DNA of 24,000 nucleotides from Betaproteobacteria bacterium (GTDB lineage Bacteria > Pseudomonadota > Gammaproteobacteria > Burkholderiales > Burkholderiaceae_E): positions 6,481 through 30,480 of the forward strand of contig JAGWVN010000031.1 in assembly GCA_018970865.1 (NCBI GenBank), given 5' to 3'. Positions 15,466-24,000 of the stretch are shown here, in pieces. The translations under genes and the position numbers were made by a program. The notes beneath the pieces were generated by a model. That model was not told where the DNA came from. It made no database searches and saw only the letters and a program-made list of their open reading frames with translations. How positions within the stretch are numbered: position 1 is the stretch's first letter; each line of letters begins with the position of its first letter.

Positions 15466-16362
15466 TCATGACCCGTCAGGGGCTGTCTGCGAAGAGGCCG
15501 CGTGCGGGGGATGTTCGGGCATCGCGTCGCCGGCCGCGTTGAGCCTGCCCAGCGTCACGCGCTCCCGGTGCTCGGCGTCTTGCGCCGTGCGCACCTCGAC
15601 CAGCCCGGCGGCCGCCAGCAGGCTGCGCACCGCCGCGCCCTGTTCCCTGCCGTGTTCGAGCAGCAGCCAGCCGCCGGGCGTGAGGTGTCGTGGCGCCGCC
15701 ATTGCGATGCGGCGCAGGTCGTCCAGCCCGCCGTCTGCCGCCACCAGCGCCGTTCGCGGCTCATGGCGCAGGTCGCTGTCCAGGTGCGGGTCGGTCTCGG
15801 CGAGGTAGGGCGGATTGGCGGCCACCAGTTCGAAGCGGGCGTCGTCCGGCAGCGCCTGCCACCAGTCGCCGTGCCGGAAGTCGATCCTATCCGCCCAGTC
15901 CGGGCCGAGCAGCGCGCGGGCATTGCGGCGCGCGACCGCCAGCGCCTCGGCACTGCGGTCGGTGGCGCACAGCCGCAGGTCGGCGCGGGCGCAGGCCAGG
16001 CTGATCGCGATCGCGCCGCTGCCGGTGCCCAGATCGAGCACCCGCGCGCCGGGGGGCGCCAGGGTCAGGGCGAGATCGACCAGCCCTTCGGTATCGGGTC
16101 GGGGTATCAGCACCGCGGCGTCGATCTGGAACAGCCGCCCGTGGAACTCGCGCTGGCCGGTGAGATAGGCCATCGGTTCGCCGGCGAGGCGCCGCCGCGC
16201 GAGCGCGTGGAAGCGTTCGGCGAGGTCGGCCGCGACCGGCTCGGGGCCATGGGCGATCAGCCATTCCCGGGAGCGACCGCTCACCATCTCGAGCAGCATC
16301 CGGGCCTCGAGCCGGGGCAGGCCGGCGGCGGCGACGAGCTGGTCGTGGCTGGAGGGTGGCAT
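15466..16362 (-). CDS. prmC: Release-factor glutamine N5-methyltransferase PrmC (HemK)
   Basis: 298 aa. By eye it is collinear with E. coli PrmC: EARMLLE.V.GRSR, GEP.AYLTG.REF, LIPRPDTE, SAM motif VLDLGTGSGAIA, catalytic NPPY (ANPPYL), EHG..QG. It lies immediately downstream of prfA. Confidence 0.93.
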   Translation of the reverse strand: MPPSSHDQLVAAAGLPRLEARMLLEMVSGRSREWLIAHGPEPVAADLAERFHALARRRLAGEPMAYLTGQREFHGRLFQIDAAVLIPRPDTEGLVDLALTLAPPGARVLDLGTGSGAIAISLACARADLRLCATDRSAEALAVARRNARALLGPDWADRIDFRHGDWWQALPDDARFELVAANPPYLAETDPHLDSDLRHEPRTALVAADGGLDDLRRIAMAAPRHLTPGGWLLLEHGREQGAAVRSLLAAAGLVEVRTAQDAEHRERVTLGRLNAAGDAMPEHPPHAASSQTAPDGS

Positions 16363-16433
16363 GGGGCGGGGCAGGGCAGGGCGGGAGGGGCAGCGCAGCG
16401 GCAGGGGCAGGGGCAGGGGCAGGGCGGACGGGG
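16363..16433 (+). repeat. G-run tract with a (GGGGCA)3GGG core; canonical G-quadruplex-forming motif on the plus strand (C-rich on the prfA-prmC mRNA)
   Basis: Eleven runs of three or more G read directly: 16363-66, 16368-71, 16374-76, 16379-81, 16383-85, 16387-90, 16404-07, 16410-13, 16416-19, 16422-24, 16430-33. The tract fills the 100-bp prfA-prmC spacer. Confidence 0.9.
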
Positions 16434-16462
16434 CGAACTCGGGCCCGGCGCAGGCCCGCCCG

Positions 16463-17545
16463 TCAGCCGGCCTCGGCCAGCGCAGCGAGCTGCTCGGCCT
16501 GGTGGGCGCTGCCCAGCGCGGACAGCACCTCGTCGATATCGCCGTCCATCACCCGGTCGAGCTTGTACAGGGTCAGGTTGATGCGGTGGTCGGTGAGCCG
16601 GCCCTGGGGGAAGTTGTAGGTGCGGATGCGCTCGGAGCGGTCGCCCGAGCCGATCAGCGACTTGCGGTGCGCCGCCTCCCTGGCCTGCGCCTCGCGCATC
16701 TGGCGATCGCGCAGCCGGGTGGCCAGCACCTTCATGGCCTTGTCGCGGTTGCGGTGCTGCGAACGGTCGTCCTGGCACTCCACCACGATGCCGGTGGGCA
16801 GGTGGGTGATCCGGACCGCCGACTCGGTCTTGTTCACATGCTGTCCGCCCGCCCCCGAGGCGCGGAAGACGTCGATGCGCAGGCTCTCGGGGTCGATCTG
16901 GACCTCGCCGGCGTCGTCGGCTTCGGCCATCACGGCCACCGTGCAGGCCGAGGTGTGGATGCGGCCCTGGGCCTCGGTCTCGGGCACCCGCTGCACCCGG
17001 TGCCCGCCCGACTCGAACTTCAGGCGCGAGTAGACCCCATCGCCGGCGATGCGCACGATCACCTCGCGGTAGCCGCCGAGCTCGGAGGCGCTCTCGGACA
17101 TCAGTTCGGTCTGCCAGCCCTGGCGCTCCGCATAGCGCAGGTACATGCGCAGCAGGTCGCCCGCGAACAGCGCGGATTCATCGCCGCCGGTGCCGGCGCG
17201 GATCTCGAGCATGACATCGCGCTCGTCGTTGGGATCGCGCGGCAGCAGCAGCCGCTGCAGGGTGTCTTCCTCGGTGCGCAGGCGCTGCAGCGCGGATTGC
17301 GCCTCCTCGTCGGCGAAGGCCCGCAGCTCGGGGTCGGCGCGCATGGCCTCGGCGGCCTCGCGGTCGGCCTGGGCCTGCTTCCAGGCCGTGAGGTGACCCA
17401 CCACCTGGGTCAGCTCGACCTGTTCGCGATTGAGCCGGCGCAGCGTGTTCAGGTCGCGCGCGGCCTCGGGCCCGGAGAGCAGCAGATTGACTTCGGCCAG
17501 GCGCTGCTCGAGGCTCTCGAGCCGTGCCAGCATCGACGGTGTCAT
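16463..17545 (-). CDS. prfA: Peptide chain release factor 1
   Basis: 360 aa. GGQ motif ([23 protein letters not shown]), the RF1-type PxT tripeptide region, and an overall RF1 layout. Confidence 0.97.
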   Translation of the reverse strand: MTPSMLARLESLEQRLAEVNLLLSGPEAARDLNTLRRLNREQVELTQVVGHLTAWKQAQADREAAEAMRADPELRAFADEEAQSALQRLRTEEDTLQRLLLPRDPNDERDVMLEIRAGTGGDESALFAGDLLRMYLRYAERQGWQTELMSESASELGGYREVIVRIAGDGVYSRLKFESGGHRVQRVPETEAQGRIHTSACTVAVMAEADDAGEVQIDPESLRIDVFRASGAGGQHVNKTESAVRITHLPTGIVVECQDDRSQHRNRDKAMKVLATRLRDRQMREAQAREAAHRKSLIGSGDRSERIRTYNFPQGRLTDHRINLTLYKLDRVMDGDIDEVLSALGSAHQAEQLAALAEAG

Positions 17546-17596
17546 GACGGAACGGGCAGCGGGAAACCCGGCGCGGGCCTGGCGGGCGGACCGCCC

Positions 17597-18859
17597 TCAG
17601 ACCTGACCGGGAAAGAGGCGGTCGATCAGGCGGACGAGGGCTTCATGGTCTTCGCCCGGCCGCTGCAGCATGGCCGTGGGCGCATGCAGGAACTTGCCGG
17701 TGAGGCCGCGCGCGAGAGATTCGAGCACCTCGGCCGGATCGTCGCCGCGGGCCAGCAGGCGCCGCGCGCGCTCGAGCTCGGCCTGGCGCAGGGCCTCGCC
17801 GCGGGCGTGGAGTTCACGGATGACCGGCACGGCCTGACGCGCGCTCATCCACTGCATGAAGGCATCGACCCGGGTCTCGATGATGGCCTCGGCCTGCGCC
17901 ACGGCGGCGCGCCGGTTCTCGGCGCCGCTCTGCACCACCTTGCCGAGATCGTCGACGGTGTAGAGGAAGACATCGTCCAGCCGCGCCACTTCGGGCTCGA
18001 TGTCGCGGGGCACGGCGAGGTCGACCATGAACATCGGGCGGCGACGGCGGGCGCGGGTGGCCCGCTCGACCATGCCCAGACCGATGATCGGCAGGGTGCT
18101 GGCGGTGCACGACACCACGATGTCGAACTTCTCGAGCGATTCGGGCAGCTCGTTCAGGCGCAGGGTGCCGCCGTTGAACTGGCGGGCGAGCTTCTCGCCG
18201 CGTTCCTCGGTGCGATTGGCTACCACGATGGCCTTGGGGTGCTGCGCGGCGAAGTGGGTGGCGCACAGCTCGATCATCTCGCCCGCGCCCACGAAAAGCA
18301 CCCGGGTGTCGCGCAGGTCTTCGAAGATGCGCCGGGCCAGCCGCACCGCGGCCGCCGCCATCGACACCGAGTGGGCGCCGATCTCGGTGGTGGAGCGCAC
18401 CTCCTTGGCCACCGCGAAGGAGCGCTGGAACAGCTGGTGCAGGTGCGTGCCGAGCGAGCCGGTGTCCTGCGCCACGCGCACCGCCTCCTTGAGCTGGCCG
18501 AGGATCTGCGGCTCGCCCAGCACCATGGAGTCGAGGCCGGCGGCCACGCGGAAGGCATGGCGCACCGCCTGGCTGTTGGGCAGCACATAGAGGTGCGACT
18601 GCAGCTGGCCGGCGGCCAGGCCCTGGCGCTGCGCCAGCCAGCCCGACACCGCCGGAGGCACCTCGCCGGGCTGCTCGCTGGCGCAGTAGATCTCGGTGCG
18701 GTTGCAGGTGGACAGGATGGCGCCCTCGGGCACCAGGCTGCGCAGGCTGGCGCGAAGATCGGCCAGGGCGTCTCTCAGGCCATCGCCCGGAAAGGACACC
18801 CGTTCACGCACGGCGACCGGCGCGGTGGTGTGGTTGAGACCGAGGGCGATGAGATTCAT
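17597..18859 (-). CDS. hemA: Glutamyl-tRNA reductase
   Basis: 420 aa from the internal ATG (18859) of track ORF 17597..18991. [23 protein letters not shown], the catalytic-Cys segment [10 protein letters not shown], and the NADPH motif VLFVGAGEM. The upstream TTG-initiated 44 codons have no HemA counterpart. Confidence 0.95.
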   Translation of the reverse strand: MNLIALGLNHTTAPVAVRERVSFPGDGLRDALADLRASLRSLVPEGAILSTCNRTEIYCASEQPGEVPPAVSGWLAQRQGLAAGQLQSHLYVLPNSQAVRHAFRVAAGLDSMVLGEPQILGQLKEAVRVAQDTGSLGTHLHQLFQRSFAVAKEVRSTTEIGAHSVSMAAAAVRLARRIFEDLRDTRVLFVGAGEMIELCATHFAAQHPKAIVVANRTEERGEKLARQFNGGTLRLNELPESLEKFDIVVSCTASTLPIIGLGMVERATRARRRRPMFMVDLAVPRDIEPEVARLDDVFLYTVDDLGKVVQSGAENRRAAVAQAEAIIETRVDAFMQWMSARQAVPVIRELHARGEALRQAELERARRLLARGDDPAEVLESLARGLTGKFLHAPTAMLQRPGEDHEALVRLIDRLFPGQV

Positions 18860-18911
18860 GGACACCGGAATTGTAACGCCAGGTTGACGCTTTCGGAACT
18901 CCCGCCGGTTC

Positions 18912-20435
18912 TCAGGCGCTGTGGGCGCCCAGGAACAGCCGGTAGGCCGGGTGCCGGCTGACATCTTCATGGGCGTAGCCCAGACCGGCAAGGAATTCCC
19001 GCAGCGCGCGTTTTTCGCCGGGCGGCACCTGCAGCCCGACCAGGATGCGGCCGTAGTCGGCGCCGTGATTGCGATAGTGGAACAGCGAGATGTTCCAGTT
19101 GGGGCTCATGCTCGACAGGAAGCGCATCAGCGCGCCCGGCCGCTCCGGGAACTCGAAGCGGTAGAGGATCTCGTCGCGGGCGAGCGGCGAATGCCCGCCC
19201 ACCAGATGGCGGATGTGCAGCTTGGCGAGCTCGTCGTCGGTGAGGTCCAGGGTCATGAAGCCGGCGGCGCGCAGCCCCTCCGCGATGGTGACGGCCTCGG
19301 CGCGGCGCTGGATCTGCACCCCGACGAACACATGGGCCTGGCGGGCGTCGGCGATGCGGTAGTTGAACTCGGTGACATTGCGCGGGCCCACCGCCTCGCA
19401 GAAGCGGCGGAAGCTGCCGCGTTCCTCCGGGATGGTCACCGCGAACACCGCCTCGCGCTGCTCGCCGATCTCGGCGCGCTCGGAGACGAAGCGCAGCCGG
19501 TCGAAGTTCATGTTGGCGCCGCAGGCCAGCGTGACCAGGGTCTGGTCGCGCAGGCCTTCGCGCTCGACATAGGCCTTGGCGCCGGCGATGGCCATGGCCC
19601 CGGCCGGCTCGAGGATGGAGCGGGTGTCCTGGAAGACATCCTTGATGGCCGCGCAGAGCTGGTCGGTGTCCACCAGCACGATCTCGTCGACATGCTCGCG
19701 GCACAGCCGGAAGGTTTCCTCGCCGACCTTCTTGACCGCGGTGCCGTCGGAGAACAGCCCGACATCGGCCAGCTCCACCCGCCGGCCGGCCTTGAGCGAG
19801 CGCGCCATGGCGTCGGAGTCGGTGGCCTGCACGCCGATGATCCGGATCTCGGGCCGCACCTGCTTCACATAGGCGGCGATGCCGGCGATCAGGCCGCCGC
19901 CGCCGATGGCCGCAAAGATGGCGTGGATGGGGCCGGGGTGCTGGCGCAGGATCTCCATGCCGATGGTGCCGTTGCCGGCGATCACATCGGGGTCGTCGAA
20001 GGGATGGACGAAGGTCAGGCCCTCGGACTGCTGCAGGCTCAGGGAATGCGCGTAGGCGTCGCTGTAGCTGTCGCCGTGCAGCACCACCTCGGCGCCGCGG
20101 GCGCGCACCGCGTCGACCTTGACCTGCGGGGTGGTGACCGGCATGACGATCACCGCCCGGCAGCCCAGGCGGCTGGCGGCCAGCGCCACCCCCTGGGCAT
20201 GGTTGCCGGCCGAGGCGGCGATCACGCCGCGGGCGAGCTGCTCGGCCGGCAGGTGGGCCATCTTGTTGTACGAGCCGCGCAGCTTGAACGAGAACACATC
20301 CTGCATGTCCTCGCGCTTGAACAGGATCCGGTTGCCCAGCCGCGCCGACAGCAGCGGCGCGGGCTCCAGCGGGGTTTCGCGGGCCACATCGTAGACGCGG
20401 GCGGTGAGGATGCGCTTGAGGTACTGGGCGGACAT
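18912..20435 (-). CDS. ilvA: Biosynthetic threonine ammonia-lyase (threonine dehydratase) with tandem C-terminal ACT-like regulatory domains
   Basis: 507 aa. [18 protein letters not shown]...[22 protein letters not shown] (PLP lysine), [12 protein letters not shown], and a roughly 170-aa C-terminal regulatory half. Confidence 0.96.
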   Translation of the reverse strand: MSAQYLKRILTARVYDVARETPLEPAPLLSARLGNRILFKREDMQDVFSFKLRGSYNKMAHLPAEQLARGVIAASAGNHAQGVALAASRLGCRAVIVMPVTTPQVKVDAVRARGAEVVLHGDSYSDAYAHSLSLQQSEGLTFVHPFDDPDVIAGNGTIGMEILRQHPGPIHAIFAAIGGGGLIAGIAAYVKQVRPEIRIIGVQATDSDAMARSLKAGRRVELADVGLFSDGTAVKKVGEETFRLCREHVDEIVLVDTDQLCAAIKDVFQDTRSILEPAGAMAIAGAKAYVEREGLRDQTLVTLACGANMNFDRLRFVSERAEIGEQREAVFAVTIPEERGSFRRFCEAVGPRNVTEFNYRIADARQAHVFVGVQIQRRAEAVTIAEGLRAAGFMTLDLTDDELAKLHIRHLVGGHSPLARDEILYRFEFPERPGALMRFLSSMSPNWNISLFHYRNHGADYGRILVGLQVPPGEKRALREFLAGLGYAHEDVSRHPAYRLFLGAHSA

Positions 20436-20508
20436 CCCGGCATTTTAGTCCCGTCGGCTGGCGTGCCCTCATCGGCCTGCGCGGGGCCGGCTGCTAGACT
20501 CGGTCGCG

Positions 20509-21000
20509 ATGGAAGCGTTCCTGGCCACCGTCATCGACTGGTTCGCGCTGCCGAGGAACGGCCTGTCCTCGGTGTTCGTGATCGCCTTCGTGTCGGCCAC
20601 CCTGCTGCCGATGGGTTCGGAGCCGGCGGTGTTCGCCTACGCCAAGCTCAATCCCGACCAGTTCTGGGCGGTGGTCGCGGTGGCCACCGTCGGCAACACC
20701 CTGGGCGGCGCGGTCGATTACTGGATGGGCCGGGGCGCCAGCGCCGCCATCACCCGGGGGCGCAATCACCGCTTCCTGGGCTGGTTCGAGCGCCTGGGGC
20801 CCAGGGCGCTGCTGGTGTCCTTCCTGCCGGTCATCGGCGACCCGATGTGCGCGGTGGCGGGCTGGCTGCGTCTGCCGTTCTGGCCCTGCATCGCCTGGAT
20901 CGCGGTCGGGCGGGTGCTGCGCTACTCGCTGGCCACCGGCGCGTTGCTGTGGGTGCCCAACGACTGGTGGCGGGCGCTCGGCCGGCCCTTCGGGTTCTGA
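20509..21000 (+). CDS. YqaA/DedA-type small inner-membrane protein
   Basis: 163 aa, four to five hydrophobic segments. F.SATLLPMGSE, TVGNTLGG..DYW.GR and GDP....AG are typical of the YqaA branch of the DedA/SNARE-associated family, as I remember it. Confidence 0.8.
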   Translation: MEAFLATVIDWFALPRNGLSSVFVIAFVSATLLPMGSEPAVFAYAKLNPDQFWAVVAVATVGNTLGGAVDYWMGRGASAAITRGRNHRFLGWFERLGPRALLVSFLPVIGDPMCAVAGWLRLPFWPCIAWIAVGRVLRYSLATGALLWVPNDWWRALGRPFGF

Positions 21001-21084
21001 GGCGGCGCTAATCCCTGCCCGGCGGGCTGCCATCGGCGGCGGGCGGGCGGTCGCACGGTAGAATGTTCTTTTAAGGGACGCACG

Positions 21085-24000
21085 ATGAATGCGCCGCTGC
21101 CTCTGAGCGCGCTGCGGGCCGATGCCGAGAGCCCGGTCCGCCTGCGCGAGATCCCCTACAACTACACCTCGTTCAGCGATCGCGAGATCGTCGGTCGGCT
21201 GCTGGGCGAAGACGCGTGGCAGCTGCTCGACGAACTTCGCGGCGAGCGCCGCACCGGCCGCTCCGCGCGCATGCTCTTCGAGGTGCTGGGCGACATCTGG
21301 GTGGTGCGTCGCAATCCCTACCTGCAGGACGACCTCATCGACAATCCCGGCCGGCGCCGGGCCCTGGTGTCGGCCCTGCACCATCGGCTGCACGAGATCG
21401 AGCGGCGCCGCACCCGTGACCGCGATGCCGCCGAGGAGCCGATCGCGGCAGCCCGCGCCGAGCGGGTCGGGCGGCTGGTGGCCCTGGCCACCGAGGCGGT
21501 CCGCGCCTTCGAGGCCGAGTTCGTCGCCACGGCGCGCCTGCGCCGCGCCGCGGTCCGGCTGCTGGGGCGGCACACCCATCGCGACAACATCCGCTTCGAC
21601 GGCATGTCGCGGGTCTCGCATGTGACCGACGCCACCGACTGGCGGGTGGAGTACCCCTTCGTGGTGCTCACCCCCGACACCGAGGCCGAGATGGCGCCGC
21701 TGGTGTCGGCCTGCATCGAGCTCGGGCTCACCATCATCCCGCGCGGCGGCGGCACCGGCTACACCGGGGGCGCGGTGCCGCTCACCGCGCTGTCGGCGGT
21801 GATCAACACCGAGAAGCTCGAACGGCTCGGGCCGGTCGAGCCGCTGGCCCTGCCGGGCGTGGCCGCGCCGGTGCCCACCGTGTTCGCCGAGGCTGGCGTG
21901 GTCACCAAGCGGGTGACCGAGGCCGCCGAGCGCGCCGGCCTGGTGTTCGCGGTCGATCCCACCTCGCTCGAGGCCTCCTGCGTGGGCGGCAACATCGCCA
22001 TGAACGCCGGCGGCAAGAAGGCGGTGCTCTGGGGCACCGCGCTCGACAACCTCGCCTGGTGGCGCATGGTCGACCCGCAGGGCCAGTGGCTGGAGGTCAC
22101 CCGCCTCGACCACAACCTCGGCAAGATCCACGATGCCCCGCTGGCCTGCTTCGAGTTGCGCTGGTACCGGCCCGGACAGCTCGGCGCCGACGGCCTGATG
22201 CGCGGCGAGCCGGTTCGCGCCGAGCGCCTCGAGATTCCCGGTCGGGTCTTCCGCAAGCAGGGCCTGGGCAAGGACGTCACCGACAAGTTCCTCGCCGGCC
22301 TGCCCGGCATCCAGAAGGAAGGCTGCGACGGCCTGATCACCGCCGCGCGCTGGGTGCTGCACCGCATGCCCGCCCACATCCGCACGGTATGTCTCGAGTT
22401 CTTCGGCCAGCCGCGCCAGGCCGTGCCGTCCATCGTCGAGATCAAGCGCTACCTCGACGGCCTGTCCACGGCCGACGGCGCCGGCCCGCGGGTGCTGCTC
22501 GCCGGCCTCGAGCATCTCGACGAGCGCTACCTGCGCGCGGTGGGCTACACCACAAAGTCGCGCCGTGGCGGTCTGCCCAAGATGGTCCTGATCGGCGACA
22601 TCGTCGGCGACGACGACGCCGCGGTCGCGCGCGCCGCCTCCGAGGTGGTGCGCATCGCCAACAGCCGCGCCGGCGAGGGCTTCACCGCGGTCTCGGCCGA
22701 GGCCCGCAAGACCTTCTGGGCCGACCGCGCCCGCACTGCCGCCATCGCCCGCCACACCAACGCCTTCAAGATCAACGAGGATGTGGTCATCCCGCTGGAG
22801 CGGATGGGCGAGTACACCGACGGCATCGAGCGCATCAACATCGAGCTGTCCACCGGCAACAAGCTGCGCCTCGTCGACGAACTCGAGGCGCTGCTCCGCG
22901 ACACCCCGGTGCCGGCCCCCGCCGACGATGCCGGCGCCGACGACGAGCTCTTCGCCGAGCGTCTGCGGCAGGCCCGCGAGCTGCTCGCGCTCACCCGCGC
23001 CCGCTGGCGCTTCCTGCTCGATCGCATCGACGCGCCGCTGGCCGGTCTGCGCGAGCTGCTGCCCGGCTTCGGCCTGGCCGCGCACCAGGCCGCCCTCGAC
23101 GCCCGGCTGCAGGTCGAACCCGAGGCCACGCTGTTCACCCTGCTGCAGGACCGCAGCATCCGGGTGTCCTGGAAGACCGAGCTGCGCGAGCCGCTGTCGC
23201 GCATCCTGCAGGGCCAGGCGCTGCAGGCCCTGCTGCGCCGCTGCGACGAGACCCACCGCCGCGTGCTGCGCAGCCGGGTCTTCGTGGCGCTGCACATGCA
23301 CGCCGGCGACGGCAATGTGCACACCAACCTGCCGGTGAACTCCGACGACTACGGCATGCTCAAGGAGGCCGAGGCCGCGGTCGCGCGCATCATGGCCCTG
23401 GCCCGCCGTCTCGATGGCGTGATCTCCGGCGAGCATGGCATCGGCATCACCAAGCTCGAGTTCCTCACCGAGGAGGAACTCGCCGGCTTCCGGGCCTACA
23501 AGCAGCGCATCGACCCCGAAGGCCGCTTCAACCGCGGCAAGCTCATGCCCGGGGCCGACCTGCGCAACGCCTACACGCCGAGCTTCGGCCTGATGGGCGC
23601 CGAGTCGCTCATCCTGCAGGCCTCCGACATCGGCGCCATCGCCGATTCCGTCAAGAACTGCCTGCGCTGCGGCAAGTGCAAGCCGGTGTGCGCCACCCAT
23701 GTGCCCGGCGCGAACCTGCTCTATTCGCCGCGCAACAAGATCCTGGCCACCTCGCTGCTGGTCGAGGCCTTCCTCTACGAGGAGCAGACGCGCCGCGGCG
23801 TGTCGATCCGGCACTGGGACGAGTTCTCCGATGTCGCCGACCACTGCACGGTCTGCCACAAGTGCGAGTCGCCCTGCCCGGTGGACATCGACTTCGGCGA
23901 TGTCTCCATGAACATGCGCAACCTGCTGCGCAAGATGGGTCGCAAGAAGTTCAATCCCGGCAACGCGGCGGCAATGTTCTTCCTGAATGCCCGCGATCCC
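21085..24000 (+). CDS. Large FAD-linked oxidase / Fe-S fusion protein, N-terminal 972 codons (3' end outside the window); DUF3683-like N-domain + FAD_binding_4/GlcD-like oxidase + 4Fe-4S ferredoxin-type motifs
   Basis: It is absent from the ORF track because there is no stop in the window. Frame 1 is open from ATG 21085 (AAGGGA upstream) to 24000. My translation gives [36 protein letters not shown]..., then the FAD-binding PCMH motif [16 protein letters not shown], then [14 protein letters not shown] and [18 protein letters not shown] cysteine clusters near the window end. Confidence 0.88.
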   Translation, partial: MNAPLPLSALRADAESPVRLREIPYNYTSFSDREIVGRLLGEDAWQLLDELRGERRTGRSARMLFEVLGDIWVVRRNPYLQDDLIDNPGRRRALVSALHHRLHEIERRRTRDRDAAEEPIAAARAERVGRLVALATEAVRAFEAEFVATARLRRAAVRLLGRHTHRDNIRFDGMSRVSHVTDATDWRVEYPFVVLTPDTEAEMAPLVSACIELGLTIIPRGGGTGYTGGAVPLTALSAVINTEKLERLGPVEPLALPGVAAPVPTVFAEAGVVTKRVTEAAERAGLVFAVDPTSLEASCVGGNIAMNAGGKKAVLWGTALDNLAWWRMVDPQGQWLEVTRLDHNLGKIHDAPLACFELRWYRPGQLGADGLMRGEPVRAERLEIPGRVFRKQGLGKDVTDKFLAGLPGIQKEGCDGLITAARWVLHRMPAHIRTVCLEFFGQPRQAVPSIVEIKRYLDGLSTADGAGPRVLLAGLEHLDERYLRAVGYTTKSRRGGLPKMVLIGDIVGDDDAAVARAASEVVRIANSRAGEGFTAVSAEARKTFWADRARTAAIARHTNAFKINEDVVIPLERMGEYTDGIERINIELSTGNKLRLVDELEALLRDTPVPAPADDAGADDELFAERLRQARELLALTRARWRFLLDRIDAPLAGLRELLPGFGLAAHQAALDARLQVEPEATLFTLLQDRSIRVSWKTELREPLSRILQGQALQALLRRCDETHRRVLRSRVFVALHMHAGDGNVHTNLPVNSDDYGMLKEAEAAVARIMALARRLDGVISGEHGIGITKLEFLTEEELAGFRAYKQRIDPEGRFNRGKLMPGADLRNAYTPSFGLMGAESLILQASDIGAIADSVKNCLRCGKCKPVCATHVPGANLLYSPRNKILATSLLVEAFLYEEQTRRGVSIRHWDEFSDVADHCTVCHKCESPCPVDIDFGDVSMNMRNLLRKMGRKKFNPGNAAAMFFLNARDP

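Noticed and set aside
16361-18961. 866-aa plus-strand ORF spanning prfA and hemA
   Set aside because: It is a shadow ORF opposite two unambiguous minus-strand genes (GGQ-containing RF1 and HemA). Its translation is repetitive and Gly/Ala/Arg-rich, with no motifs.
17597-18991. Longer 464-aa hemA starting at TTG 18991, and similarly the 200-aa mscL from 6658 and the upstream in-frame extensions of ORFs 575.., 1329.., 11224.. and 12261..
   Set aside because: The extra N-terminal residues have no counterpart in the respective families and overlap upstream genes or promoter regions. Internal ATG/GTG starts give canonical N-termini, often with an SD or stop/start coupling.
18921-21011. 696-aa plus-strand ORF across ilvA and the YqaA-like gene
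   Set aside because: It is opposite the clear ilvA gene over most of its length, and out of frame with the convincing membrane protein at 20509..21000. Its composition is typical of a shadow frame.
20494-23859. 1121-aa minus-strand ORF, the longest ORF in the supplied track
   Set aside because: It is antisense to a plus-strand frame that translates into clear FAD-oxidase and 4Fe-4S motifs. Its own translation is Arg/Ala/Gly/His-rich low-complexity sequence with no recognisable domain. Stop codons are AT-rich, so long antisense shadow ORFs are expected in GC-rich DNA.

Overview
Very GC-rich chromosomal DNA. Gene content and order look like a betaproteobacterium (Rhodocyclales/Burkholderiales-like), but that placement rests on synteny and protein motifs read by eye, not on a search. 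I support 29 protein-coding genes, two of them cut by the window edges, plus one tRNA. Most are core housekeeping genes in a conserved layout: hisA(3' end)-hisF-hisI-hisE-HIT-tatA-tatB-tatC; a convergent DegS/AlgW-like protease; a NIF3-family gene; mscL; petA-petB-petC (cytochrome bc1) with a clear intrinsic terminator; sspA-sspB; tRNA-Thr(UGU). On the minus strand lie usp, grxD, prmC, prfA, hemA and ilvA, followed on the plus strand by a YqaA/DedA-type membrane protein and the first 972 codons of a large FAD-oxidase/Fe-S fusion protein. That last gene runs off the window, so it is missing from the supplied ORF track. I see no transposase, integrase, CRISPR array, toxin-antitoxin pair or recognisable defence system. 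The only non-housekeeping block sits just downstream of tRNA-Thr (about 11.2-14.6 kb). It holds a GntR/FCD regulator, an ectoine-hydroxylase-like Fe(II)/2-oxoglutarate dioxygenase whose EctD signature is degenerate, a homoserine-dehydrogenase-like NAD(P) oxidoreductase with a C-terminal SAF domain, and an arginine-rich orphan ORF. The first three are linked by ATGA overlaps, and this is my best candidate for uncharacterised biology. Its function is inferred, not demonstrated. Secondary observations are a canonical G-quadruplex tract between prfA and prmC, an 18-bp (9-bp sub-periodic) tandem repeat between tatC and the protease gene, a long structured spacer without a Shine-Dalgarno (SD) ribosome-binding motif between tatA and tatB, a 9-bp inverted repeat around a promoter-like element upstream of petA, and a low-complexity N-terminal extension on HisI. 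Many very long antisense 'shadow' ORFs in the track are GC-content artefacts and were rejected.
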